A stretch of DNA of 26,322 bases from an uncultured Janthinobacterium sp. (GCA_964658025.1 CAZZXB010000015.1:5648-31969), one strand, 5' to 3'. Shown: positions 7,476-16,419, counted from the first letter of the stretch. Notes: generated by a model not told the origin, from the letters alone. Made by a program: numbers and translations.

Positions 7476-8744
7476 TCACGCCCAATTGCTTTCTTGGGCG
7501 AGCATCTGCGCGGCAAAAATGCACCCGAGCCGCACGTGCTCCCTCGTCGCGCCGCCCTGCAGGTATACCTCGAACGGCTCGCGGAGCGGCGCGTCGCACG
7601 AAAGTTCGATCGTCGCGCCGCCGACGAAGGCGCCGCCGGACATGATCACGTCGCTCTCGTACCCCGGCACGCGGCCGGGTTCGGGCGCGAACGCGGCATC
7701 GAGCGGCATCGCCCGCTGGAGTCCGCGCGCGAAGGCGACGAGGCGCTCGCGCGAGCCGAGACCGATCGCCTGGACGATGTCGCGGCGGACCGCCCCCGGC
7801 GCGGGATCGACGCGTTCGCCGAGGTCGGCGAAGAGCGCGGCCGCGAAATCGAGACCGGCGAGCGATTCCGCGACGACGAGCGGGGCCTGAAAGAGCCCCT
7901 GGATCAGGGCGCGACCGTAACCAAGGCTCGAGCCTAGCGCCGCGCCGAGCCCGGGGGCGTAGTGGCGCGTCGCCACGCGCTCGACGAGCTCCGCGCGGCC
8001 GGCGACGTACCCGCCAGCCGGGGCGAGCGTGCCGCCGAGATTTTTGATGAGCGAACCGACGACGAGATCGGCGCCTTCGTGCGTCGGTTCGCTCGGCTCG
8101 ACGAGTTCGCCGTAGCAGTTGTCGACGAGAACGATCGCGTCCGGCGCCGCGCGCCGGACGATCGCCGCGATCCGCCCGCACGCGACCGACGAGAGCGACG
8201 CGCGCGACGCGTATCCGCGAGAACGTTGCACGAACGCGACGTCGACCCCGAGCGCGCAGGCGTCGGCGAGCGCGGCCTCGTCGACCGTGCCGTCCGGCGC
8301 GAGCGGCACCTCGCGATACCGCGCGCCGCGCGCGACGAGCGAATCCGGCGCATCGCGGATCGCATTGCGCAGCGTATCGTAGGGACGACCCGCGATCGCG
8401 AGCAGTCGTCCGTCGCGCGGCAACACGGCGTCGAGCGCGGTGACGATCGCGTGCGTTCCGCTCGCGAAGGTGAGCCGCGCGAGGACGCGTTCGGCGCCGA
8501 AAATCCGTGCGAGTAACGACTCGTAGCGCGCGCGCGCCGCGTCGTCGTAACCGTAGCCGAGCGAGCCCGCGAGATCGCTCTGCGCGACGCCTTCGGCGAC
8601 GAACGCGGCGAGGACGTTCGCGTGGACGCGCGTCGCGACGGCGCGCCGGGCGTCGTCGGATGCGGCGGCGATCGCATCCGCGCGACGCGCCGCGTCGATC
8701 ACGCGGGGGATCGACGCGAAGCGTTCGAGGAGCGGCTCGATCAC
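7476..8744 (-). CDS. ynbB: Methionine gamma-lyase-family / aluminium-resistance-family PLP enzyme (YnbB-like)
   Basis: Motifs GYGYDD, SGTHAI, GRPYDTL, QRSRGY, DNCYGE, GSLIKNLGG (PLP Lys), GATIELS and YLQGG. GTG at 8744 overlaps the EIIC stop (GTGA). Confidence 0.88.
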   Translation of the reverse strand: MIEPLLERFASIPRVIDAARRADAIAAASDDARRAVATRVHANVLAAFVAEGVAQSDLAGSLGYGYDDAARARYESLLARIFGAERVLARLTFASGTHAIVTALDAVLPRDGRLLAIAGRPYDTLRNAIRDAPDSLVARGARYREVPLAPDGTVDEAALADACALGVDVAFVQRSRGYASRASLSSVACGRIAAIVRRAAPDAIVLVDNCYGELVEPSEPTHEGADLVVGSLIKNLGGTLAPAGGYVAGRAELVERVATRHYAPGLGAALGSSLGYGRALIQGLFQAPLVVAESLAGLDFAAALFADLGERVDPAPGAVRRDIVQAIGLGSRERLVAFARGLQRAMPLDAAFAPEPGRVPGYESDVIMSGGAFVGGATIELSCDAPLREPFEVYLQGGATREHVRLGCIFAAQMLAQESNWA

Positions 8745-9934
8745 GCGGCTTCTTCGTTCGCCGCGCGCGCGCGTTCTTGCCGCTCGTACACGCGCGCGAA
8801 CGGCGCGTAGATCGCGATCCCGATCGCGATGTTGACGAGCATGAGGATCACGGCGCGCCAATCCTTCGTCGCCGCGAACGCGCCGAACGGAATCGGGACG
8901 GGCGAGGGGATGTAGTACGCCGGCCGGTTCACGAACCCGAGCGCCATCGCCTGATACGACACGACCGCGAGCACGAGCGGCGTGACGACGAACGGCACGC
9001 CGAGGGCGGGATTGAGGACCACGGGGAGACCGAACATCAGCGGCTCGTTCGTGTTCGCGAGCGAGGGTAGGAGCGTCGCGATCGCGATCCGCTTCACGCG
9101 CTTCACCTTACTGCGAAGCAGTAAGAGGACGAGCGGGAGCGTGGCGCCCGCGCCGCCGGGAAAGACGAAGAGGAACATCGAGACGGTGACGATGTGCGGC
9201 AAGGGACCGCCGTGCGCGAGCGCTTCCGTGTTCTGGACTTGCAGGTGGATGTAGACGGGAAGGACGACCGCCGCGAGTAACGCCGGGCCGTGGATGCCGA
9301 TCGTCCAGAGCAGCGTCTCGACGAGCGTGATCACGAGTAACGCCTCGAGACTGTCGCCGAGGTTGCCGAGCGGCGCGATCGCGGCGTCGAGCAGGCCCGT
9401 CAGCGAAACGCCGGCGGCGAGCAGGATCGCGGCGCCGCCGTCGACCGCGAGCGCGGCGATCGCCGTACCGTAGACGGCGCCCGCGCGTTTTCGGGCGACG
9501 GATAACGCCGCGACGCTCAGGAGCGCGACGCCGATCGCGAGGAAGAGACCGCTCGAGCCGAGCGCCCGCGCGAACGCGAACGGCGACGCCGCGTGTTCGA
9601 ACGGTACCGAGATCGCGAAGGCGACGATCGCGATCGCGAGCCCGGCGACGACGGGGACGGCACGACGTTTCGCGAGATCGTACGCGAGCACGACGACGAG
9701 TAAGATCGACATCACGCCGAACGCCGCCGCGAACGATTTCGAGAACCGCTCGAGCAACGTCCCCGACTGCGACGCCATGAACGCGACGAGCCCGAGCGCG
9801 AGTCCGACGAAGCTGATCGGTAAGGTCTTTTGGATCGCCGTCATCTCGGGCGATTCCGAGAGCGCGCGAACGCCGCGCACGGCCGCCTGAAATCCCGCCG
9901 AACGTTCGATCCCGGAGAAACTCAGCGTCGGCAC
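8741..9934 (-). CDS. PTS EIIC membrane subunit, lactose/cellobiose (ChbC/CelB-like) family, 397 aa
   Basis: Many hydrophobic helices plus motifs LLWTIGIHG, GGAGATLPL, NTNEPLMFGLPVVLNP and IYAPFARVYER. Confidence 0.88.
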   Translation of the reverse strand: MPTLSFSGIERSAGFQAAVRGVRALSESPEMTAIQKTLPISFVGLALGLVAFMASQSGTLLERFSKSFAAAFGVMSILLVVVLAYDLAKRRAVPVVAGLAIAIVAFAISVPFEHAASPFAFARALGSSGLFLAIGVALLSVAALSVARKRAGAVYGTAIAALAVDGGAAILLAAGVSLTGLLDAAIAPLGNLGDSLEALLVITLVETLLWTIGIHGPALLAAVVLPVYIHLQVQNTEALAHGGPLPHIVTVSMFLFVFPGGAGATLPLVLLLLRSKVKRVKRIAIATLLPSLANTNEPLMFGLPVVLNPALGVPFVVTPLVLAVVSYQAMALGFVNRPAYYIPSPVPIPFGAFAATKDWRAVILMLVNIAIGIAIYAPFARVYERQERARAANEEAA

Positions 9935-10079
9935 GGAGCGCGGTCTTTCGCGTGTCGCGGGCGATCACCGCTTCCGCGGCGTCCGACCGTTCGTGCCCGC
10001 GGCATCGTGACGGATCGTCGCGGTCCGTGCCGACGAGGTTCGGCGCGCCGCGACGTCGCGCGGCCGAACGAGCGGCGCG

Positions 10080-10706
10080 TCAGAGCTTGCGGAACACCGC
10101 TTCGACGCGACCGACGACCGTCGCGTCCTTCGCGAAGATCGGTTCCATACTCCGATTTTCCGGCTGGAGTCGGATGCGTCCGGGCTCGCGAAAAAATCGC
10201 TTGACCGTCGCTTCGCCGTCGACGAGCGCGACGACGATCTCGCCGTTCGTGGCGTCGGGCTGCGGGGCGACGACGATGAGATCGCCGTCGAGAATCGCGG
10301 CGTCGATCATCGAGTCGCCCTGGACGCGGAGCATGAACGTGCCGTGCTTACGCGCGAGGTCGGCCGGCACGACGTATTCGCCTTCGCGATTCTCGGTCGC
10401 CGTGATCGGCGTTCCCGCCGCGACGCGCCCGACGATCGGCAAGACGCCGTACGGCACGTCCGCCGCGACCGGCGCGACGGCGGCGGCCGCGCCCTTCGTG
10501 ATGAGCGCGCGCGGCTTCGTCGGATCGCGGTGGATGAGCCCGCGTTTCTCGAGCGACTTGAGGTGCGATTGCACGGTCGACGACGACGAGAGTCCGACGA
10601 GTTCGCCGATCTCGCGGACCGAGGGCGGGTAGCCGTGTTCGTCGGTGAACTCGCGGATGACCGCGAGTATGCGTGTCTGTCGCTCCGTCGGCGCTCGATC
10701 GCTCAT
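10080..10706 (-). CDS. lexA: SOS transcriptional repressor LexA, 208 aa
   Basis: Winged HTH GYPPSVREIG...SSSTVQSHL, cleavage site VAAG, catalytic GDSM and ATVKR, and LQPEN. ATG at 10706 with a GGAG RBS. Confidence 0.97.
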   Translation of the reverse strand: MSDRAPTERQTRILAVIREFTDEHGYPPSVREIGELVGLSSSSTVQSHLKSLEKRGLIHRDPTKPRALITKGAAAAVAPVAADVPYGVLPIVGRVAAGTPITATENREGEYVVPADLARKHGTFMLRVQGDSMIDAAILDGDLIVVAPQPDATNGEIVVALVDGEATVKRFFREPGRIRLQPENRSMEPIFAKDATVVGRVEAVFRKL

Positions 10707-10784
10707 GCAATGCTCCACTGCGAGGCAGCGACGCAGATCGCGCCGCGATTGTTCACGACAGTACCACATATCCACAGGGCGATG

Positions 10785-10798
10785 CAAACATACGTTCG
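10785..10798. promoter_or_regulatory. LexA/SOS box 1 (Gram-positive GAAC-N4-GTTC type)
   Basis: CAAAC-ATAC-GTTCG, one mismatch to the core, in the lexA/LysM intergenic region. It overlaps a possible lexA -35 (TTGCAT on the minus strand). Confidence 0.8.
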
Positions 10799-10805
10799 AA
10801 AAACG

Positions 10806-10835
10806 TTGACACGGACGGCCGCCGCTTGATACAAT
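10806..10835 (+). promoter_or_regulatory. Sigma70-type promoter of the LysM gene
   Basis: TTGACA (10806-10811), an 18-nt spacer ending in TGn, then TACAAT (10830-10835). Confidence 0.82.
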
Positions 10836-10844
10836 CCTGGTAGA

Positions 10845-10858
10845 CGAACACCCGTTTG
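10845..10858. promoter_or_regulatory. LexA/SOS box 2
   Basis: CGAAC-ACCC-GTTTG, just downstream of the predicted LysM-gene transcription start. Confidence 0.8.
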
Positions 10859-10886
10859 GCCCAATATATGGGTGAGGAGCTATCGA

Positions 10887-11174
10887 ATGCGACCGTACGC
10901 GAACAAGAAGCCGACCTTACTCCCCGCCGTCGCGCTCGCCGCGCTCGGGGCGCTGATCGCGATTCCGGCGCTCTCGCAATCGACGCTCTACGCCGCCGGA
11001 CCCGTCAAGATGACGACCGTGACCGTCCGAACGGGCGAGAATCTCTGGACGATCGCCGATCGCTTCACCGCGCACGACGCGAGCACGCAAGACACGATCG
11101 ACCGAATCATGGAAGTCAATCATCTCCGCGACGCGACGATCGTTCCGGGCGAGCGCTTGGCGGTTCCGCGCTAA
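10887..11174 (+). CDS. Membrane-anchored LysM protein, YneA/ChiZ-like putative SOS cell-division inhibitor, 95 aa
   Basis: GAGGAG RBS, a hydrophobic N-terminal helix, and LysM domain VTVRTGENLWTIA...IMEVNHLRDATIVPGERLAVP. Divergent from lexA. Confidence 0.85.
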   Translation: MRPYANKKPTLLPAVALAALGALIAIPALSQSTLYAAGPVKMTTVTVRTGENLWTIADRFTAHDASTQDTIDRIMEVNHLRDATIVPGERLAVPR

Positions 11175-11228
11175 GGGTTTTGTCGAGAACCGACCGGACG
11201 CTATGTTCGGGCGAACGAGATGACGATC

Positions 11229-11253
11229 GAGACGCCTTCGGGCGTTTTATTTT
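11229..11253 (+). terminator. Intrinsic terminator of the LysM gene
   Basis: GACGCC-TTCG-GGCGTT hairpin (C(UUCG)G tetraloop) running into TTATTTT. Confidence 0.8.
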
Positions 11254-11258
11254 GCTTG

Positions 11259-11285
11259 TCGGGGCCGTAATTGAAGCGGCCCCGA
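11259..11285. terminator. Hairpin between convergent genes
   Basis: Perfect 9-bp stem TCGGGGCCG / CGGCCCCGA with a 9-nt loop, downstream of the 11327 stop. No U-tract. Confidence 0.5.
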
Positions 11286-11326
11286 GCGCATACGAAAGAA
11301 TCGACGCGACCGTCGGCTCATACTGA

Positions 11327-11536
11327 TTAAGGCCGACGCGTGATGATGACGCTGTGGCCCGCATGTCGCGAGAGAAATTCCAAACTCTCGTCGATCCACG
11401 TATCGAGGCCCGCCTGCACGTGCTGCGCGACCTCGCGCACGACGTGCTCGCGATTGAGCAACCACGCGAGCTCCGTCCGCGTGGTCGCGGGCCAGGTCGC
11501 CTCTTCGCATTCTTCGCAGTGATATCCGAAACGCAT
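11327..11536 (-). CDS. Small putative Zn-binding protein (CxxC...HxxH), 69 aa, probably leaderless
   Basis: MRFGYHCEECEE...FLSRHAGHSVII. The ATG at 11536 lies 6 nt after TGcTACGCT. Confidence 0.72.
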   Translation of the reverse strand: MRFGYHCEECEEATWPATTRTELAWLLNREHVVREVAQHVQAGLDTWIDESLEFLSRHAGHSVIITRRP

Positions 11537-11576
11537 TAGCGTAGCGTAGCAGATTCGACGCATCCGCGCGGATACG

Positions 11577-11613
11577 AAAGAAAACGATCCCCGCCGGAGA
11601 CGGGGACCGTTTT
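11577..11613 (-). terminator. Intrinsic terminator after TBDR 1, possibly bidirectional
   Basis: Minus strand reads AAAACGGTCCCCG-TCTCCGG-CGGGGATCGTTTTCTTT, about 25 nt after the TBDR stop. Confidence 0.82.
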
Positions 11614-11637
11614 ACCTTTAGAACCGAATGCCGAAGC

Positions 11638-14600
11638 CTATAGCTTCAGATTCGCATCGACGTAGATGCCGAGCGGCTGTTGGCTCCAAGCCGGCTCATA
11701 CGAGTATCGGGAAGCCGACTGGAGCGTGTCCCCCGGGTTATAGGCGTTACCGATACCGCCGTTGAGCCCGTCGTTAACCAGACCGTACGAGCATGCTCCG
11801 GCGACCTTCCACGGAACGTTCGAGCCGCCGAAGCACGTGTTGACGAGATTCGTGAAGTTCGCCGTCAGCCCGAAGGTCTTCGAGAAGTCGTATTTCATCT
11901 GGAGGTGTAACAGGAGCTGAGAAGGGTCCGCGTATGCACCGAGTCCGTCGAACCCCCCCGATTGCGGATTCGGGATACCACCCGAGAGTTGTCCGCAGGT
12001 TGCCGCGTCGTACGGCGAGCCGCCGGACGCACCGTATTGATAACGGGGATCGCCCGTCGTCGATCGCGTCGCCAAGACGCCGCTGCACGAAGTCGGATCG
12101 ATACCTTGCGTCGCGAGGGGCGAGCCATAGCGGATGCCAGCCTGATACTGCACGATCGGGGCGATCGTGAAGTGCTTGGTCTTCTCGCTGAGAGCGAGGG
12201 TCGCCACGTACGGCGCGCCGTATTGCGTCGATGAAACACCGATCGCCGCGGGAATCGTGTCGTACGGAACGTAGTTGTTCGCACCACTGAAGGCGTTCGG
12301 ATCCTGAAGCGGCGCGTTATAATACGGGTTGGCGACGTCACCTTTTACGCATGCAGCGACCGGCGTTCCGCCGGTTCCCGTCGCAGCATCGAGCGGCGTG
12401 TAGCACGGAGAACCGCCGCCTGCCTTCGTCAACGCATTGTACGCCTTGACCGCATTGACGACTGGTGTGAGAACCGTCGAACCGTTCGACAACGTGTTGT
12501 ACTTGATGTAGCTGTTCGTGTAAGCAAACGCGAGCTTCGCCGAGAGCCCGTCGCGAGCGAAATCGCCCTTGTCGAGTTCGAATTCAACACCTTGCGAGCG
12601 CTGATTGCCGACGTTGAGACCGGATACGAAGTTCGTCGCTCGATTCAGGAAGAACTGTTGGATCTGGTTTTGCGTCTGACGCAAGAACGGCGAAATCTTG
12701 AACGAGATCTGATTCGGGAGCGCCTGCTCGAGCGAGAAGTCGAAGTTGTTCGAGGCGGCCGGCGGAATGGGATGGTTCGGCGTGGTGTAGCCGTACTGCT
12801 GGAATCCATAACTTCCATACAGCAACGCGGGCGCATTCGACTGGAGCGCGTCATACTGTTCGAACGCGCTATTAGGCGGCTGCGTGAAGCGACCGTACGA
12901 GGCGCGGATGACCGTCCGCGGCGAGAGACTGTACGTTAAGCCCGCTCTCGGCTGGAATTCCGGATACGTCTGGGTGACGTTGCCCGAGGGATTCGTGAAG
13001 TCGACGTTTTCGTAGCCGCCGCCCGGCACGCTCGTGCACGACGAGCCGACTGGAATTTTTAGAGCCGCTTTCGACGACAGCAGTTGCGTTGTCGTGCTCT
13101 CGCACTCTTCACGGTTGTAGGCGGCGTACCAAAACGCTCTCGCCGGACCACCGCTCGTATCGGAACCCTGATACTGATAGTCGTCGAGACGCATGCCGAG
13201 ATTCACCGTCAGCTTCGATGTCGGTCGAATCTCGTCATTGATCGACGCGCCGTAGAACGTCGGTTTGACAGCGTTGTACGTCGCATATTCGCCGTTTCCG
13301 ATGACCAGGTATTTACAAGGTCCGGTGCCGCACGTACCGGTAAGCGGTGTTACGGTACCGTTATAGGCTTGTTGGAGCGTGGCGAATTGCGCGGCGGTGT
13401 TGTATCCGTTCCCGGCGTTGTAGCAATTGACTGCAACTCCCGCCGCCGAATAGCAGATGCCGTTCGTCGGATTGTTAGAGTCGACCGCGACGCCGATCGC
13501 CGTTCGGCTATTTACGGTATTCGGGCCAGATAACCCGTTGAGGAACTCCGAGTTGTTGTCGCGGATGACGGTCGAATGTGTGTAGTCGCCCTCGACCGTT
13601 AGCAGGTTCGCCGAGCCGATCTGGTCGCTAAACGTGAAGCCCGCGCCTCGGGTATGCGACTCGAGTTCGTAATCGTATGAAACGCCGAGACCGTTTCCTA
13701 AGACATAGTTGTCGTAGGCCGATGACGGCCCCGAATTGAGCCAGTCCGAGTAGTTGTTGAAACCATACGCACGGAAAAATGCTCTCGTTCCGAGCGACTT
13801 CGTGAATTGGAGCTTCGCGATTTCCTGGTCGTTGTTGAACCCGTCGCGGATCCCCGGGTTGATCGCATCGTCGAACGAGTGCGTCGAGGAATTTGGGAAG
13901 AAATACTGCGAGGCGTACTGGCGATAATTGGTCGGCAAGAATCCACCCGTCGGCAGATTCAATTGGTAGCCGTCGATGTACGTCGAAATATTCGGGTTAC
14001 CGTTCGCCAGAAGTCCCGTCGTAGAATTGTTGTTGCCGAGCGTTCCATTGATCAACTGAGATAACGGTACGCCGCCCAAATCGTTCGTCGACGTATAATC
14101 TTGCGTGCTGATCGAGCCGCTGTCGTAGAGCAACTGTAGGTCGTCGCGCGAGCCGTCCTTATGCGGGAAATAGAAATGGACGTTGCCGATAACGTCGCGA
14201 TCCGCCACCTGCGATTGCAAGAAAGAATTCGCGGGTCCGAGGATGTAGCCGCCGCCGCTCGGATTTGCAAGCTTACCGTTTACGTAACACGAGGGAGTTT
14301 GAGCCTGTGTGAACGCGGCACTACAAGCCGGGCCCAGTGGCGGCCCGTAGAGATTGGAGATGCTCGCACCGTCGTACTGATCGATGTAGCGCTGCGTCTG
14401 GTTGTAACCTCCCGCACCGAAGTAATACGAGATTCGATTGTTCGCCGTCACGCCGCCGACTTCGACGTTAACTTTATGATAGTACGGCGTGCCGATGCCG
14501 GCATCGACGGTAACGAACCCCGGGTTGGTGCCCGTCTTGATGACCTGGTTGATGAATCCGGAGAGACCCTGCGAAGACGAGCCCGTGGGCGGAGCGCCGG

Positions 14601-15291
14601 TATAGGCTTGAAGCTCTTGCTGACCGAGCGAAGAGGTCGCCCCCGACGGATAGTTGTCGAACGCGCGATTGACCGGAAGACCGTCGATCTGATAACCGAT
14701 TTGGTCGTAATCACCGCCGCGAATCGACAGCGTCGCGGCGGCGCCGACGTAACCCGATTGGCCCGGTGAGACGAAAACGCCCGGAACCGTCGAGAGCGCC
14801 GAGAACGCCGAATCGAGGTTGCCACCGCCGCCCGCACCCGCGACTGCGGCTTGCTGCGCGGCATTGATCGAATAGATGTCGGCCGTCGTACCGGGCCGCA
14901 CGAGGCTCGTCGCCGAACGACTCGACACGCGACCGATCTGACGGAGCGTTTTCGAGATCGTTAGCGGGAGCACGCGCGTCGTGTCCGCGGCGATCGTCAC
15001 GCCCGGCGTCGACCCGGCCTCGAAGCCCGTGAGTTCGGCCGACACGGTGTACGTGTCCGGGGCGAGCGAGAGGAAGTTGAAATGACCCGAGCCGTCCGTG
15101 ACGCCGCTCGCGGTCTGCGAGGGACTCGTCGCGGTGACCTTGACGCCCGCGAGGGGCTTCCCGGTCTGCGCGTCGTCGACGGTTCCCGTGAGCGTTCCCG
15201 TCGTGCCGGCCAGAACCAATGTTCCCTGGCCGACGAGCGAGACGATCATGAAAACGGCGAGCAGCGACGCGATCAAACGTTGTCTGAACAT
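11638..15291 (-). CDS. TonB-dependent receptor with N-terminal carboxypeptidase-regulatory-like domain (Oar-like), 1217 aa
   Basis: Signal peptide, then GTLTGTV...TDGSGHFNFLSLAPDTYTVSAE, plug motifs IRGG.....YQIDG and SGFINQVIKTG, barrel motifs LTVNLGMRLD, FQPRAGLTY, RASYGR and GVEFE, and a C-terminal amphipathic strand. ATG at 15291 with a GGAG RBS. Confidence 0.9.
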   Translation of the reverse strand: MFRQRLIASLLAVFMIVSLVGQGTLVLAGTTGTLTGTVDDAQTGKPLAGVKVTATSPSQTASGVTDGSGHFNFLSLAPDTYTVSAELTGFEAGSTPGVTIAADTTRVLPLTISKTLRQIGRVSSRSATSLVRPGTTADIYSINAAQQAAVAGAGGGGNLDSAFSALSTVPGVFVSPGQSGYVGAAATLSIRGGDYDQIGYQIDGLPVNRAFDNYPSGATSSLGQQELQAYTGAPPTGSSSQGLSGFINQVIKTGTNPGFVTVDAGIGTPYYHKVNVEVGGVTANNRISYYFGAGGYNQTQRYIDQYDGASISNLYGPPLGPACSAAFTQAQTPSCYVNGKLANPSGGGYILGPANSFLQSQVADRDVIGNVHFYFPHKDGSRDDLQLLYDSGSISTQDYTSTNDLGGVPLSQLINGTLGNNNSTTGLLANGNPNISTYIDGYQLNLPTGGFLPTNYRQYASQYFFPNSSTHSFDDAINPGIRDGFNNDQEIAKLQFTKSLGTRAFFRAYGFNNYSDWLNSGPSSAYDNYVLGNGLGVSYDYELESHTRGAGFTFSDQIGSANLLTVEGDYTHSTVIRDNNSEFLNGLSGPNTVNSRTAIGVAVDSNNPTNGICYSAAGVAVNCYNAGNGYNTAAQFATLQQAYNGTVTPLTGTCGTGPCKYLVIGNGEYATYNAVKPTFYGASINDEIRPTSKLTVNLGMRLDDYQYQGSDTSGGPARAFWYAAYNREECESTTTQLLSSKAALKIPVGSSCTSVPGGGYENVDFTNPSGNVTQTYPEFQPRAGLTYSLSPRTVIRASYGRFTQPPNSAFEQYDALQSNAPALLYGSYGFQQYGYTTPNHPIPPAASNNFDFSLEQALPNQISFKISPFLRQTQNQIQQFFLNRATNFVSGLNVGNQRSQGVEFELDKGDFARDGLSAKLAFAYTNSYIKYNTLSNGSTVLTPVVNAVKAYNALTKAGGGSPCYTPLDAATGTGGTPVAACVKGDVANPYYNAPLQDPNAFSGANNYVPYDTIPAAIGVSSTQYGAPYVATLALSEKTKHFTIAPIVQYQAGIRYGSPLATQGIDPTSCSGVLATRSTTGDPRYQYGASGGSPYDAATCGQLSGGIPNPQSGGFDGLGAYADPSQLLLHLQMKYDFSKTFGLTANFTNLVNTCFGGSNVPWKVAGACSYGLVNDGLNGGIGNAYNPGDTLQSASRYSYEPAWSQQPLGIYVDANLKL

Positions 15292-15521
15292 GCTGACTCC
15301 TAAGTAAACGAGAAAATCACCGACGGCCATATGCAGGTAAACCCGCGTAAAGCCGGAGTGGTGGGTCGCAAGTTCTTTCGCGTCGATTCCAATCCTTTAG
15401 CAAAACTTAAGAATCGGAACCTCGACGATCAACGCATTCGGCGAGAACGTGTTACAAATGGAAGTAGGCGAGCGCTACCGAGAACGATTCTCTAAGAGAA
15501 GCCCCGCGGACGAATGCCGAC

Positions 15522-16391
15522 TTACGCGAGCCGCTCGGCCAGCAATCCCGCGATCTCGGAAGGCCGATCGGCGACCGGAACGCCCGCCGCGGCGAACGCC
15601 GCGAGCTTGCTCTCCGGCGTCCCGAAGTCGCCCGAGATGATCGCGCCCGCGTGTCCGAGCCGCTTTCCTTTCGGAGCGGATCGCCCACCGATGAACGCGA
15701 CGGCGGGTTTGTTCGGCAGATGTTCCTTGATGAAGGCGGCCGCGTCTTCTTCGTCACTTCCGCCGATCTCGCCGCAGACGACCACGGCATCGGTCTCGGG
15801 ATCGTTCGCGAACGCCTTGAGGCAGTCGACGAACGTCGTGCCGATGATCGGGTCGCCGCCGATGCCGACGCACGTCGATTGGCCGAGACCCGCTTTCGTC
15901 AAGAGGTCCACGATCTCGTACGTGAGCGTCCCCGAGCGCGAGATCATGCCCACGCGTCCGGGCGTGAAGACGTGGCCCGGCATGATGCCCACGAGCGATC
16001 GACCGGGCGAGACGAGGCCCGGACAATTCGGGCCGATGATCCTCATCGGCCCGGTCGTCGCGACGACGCGCAACATGTCGTGCGTCGGAATCCCTTCGGT
16101 GATGCAGATCGCGAGCGCGATGCCCGCGTCGTACGCCTCGTAGAGCGCGTCGGCCGCGAACGGCGGCGGCACGAAGATGATCGAGTGCGTCGCGCCCGTC
16201 GCGTCGACGGCGTCGCGGACGGTGTCGAACACGGGCTGACCGCTCTCGATCGTCGTCCCGCCCTTGCCCGGCGTCACGCCGCCGACGATCTGCGTTCCGT
16301 ACGCGAGCATCCGCTGGGTGTGGAAGAGCCCCTCGCGGCCCGTGATGCCTTGGACGATGACTTTCGAATTCTTATCGAGCCAGATCGACAT
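15522..16391 (-). CDS. sucD: Succinyl-CoA synthetase alpha subunit
   Basis: Motifs [52 protein letters not shown] and GHAGAI (phospho-His). Confidence 0.96.
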   Translation of the reverse strand: MSIWLDKNSKVIVQGITGREGLFHTQRMLAYGTQIVGGVTPGKGGTTIESGQPVFDTVRDAVDATGATHSIIFVPPPFAADALYEAYDAGIALAICITEGIPTHDMLRVVATTGPMRIIGPNCPGLVSPGRSLVGIMPGHVFTPGRVGMISRSGTLTYEIVDLLTKAGLGQSTCVGIGGDPIIGTTFVDCLKAFANDPETDAVVVCGEIGGSDEEDAAAFIKEHLPNKPAVAFIGGRSAPKGKRLGHAGAIISGDFGTPESKLAAFAAAGVPVADRPSEIAGLLAERLA

Positions 16392-16419
16392 GCGTGTTCT
16401 CTCGTACTCCGTTGCGTCG

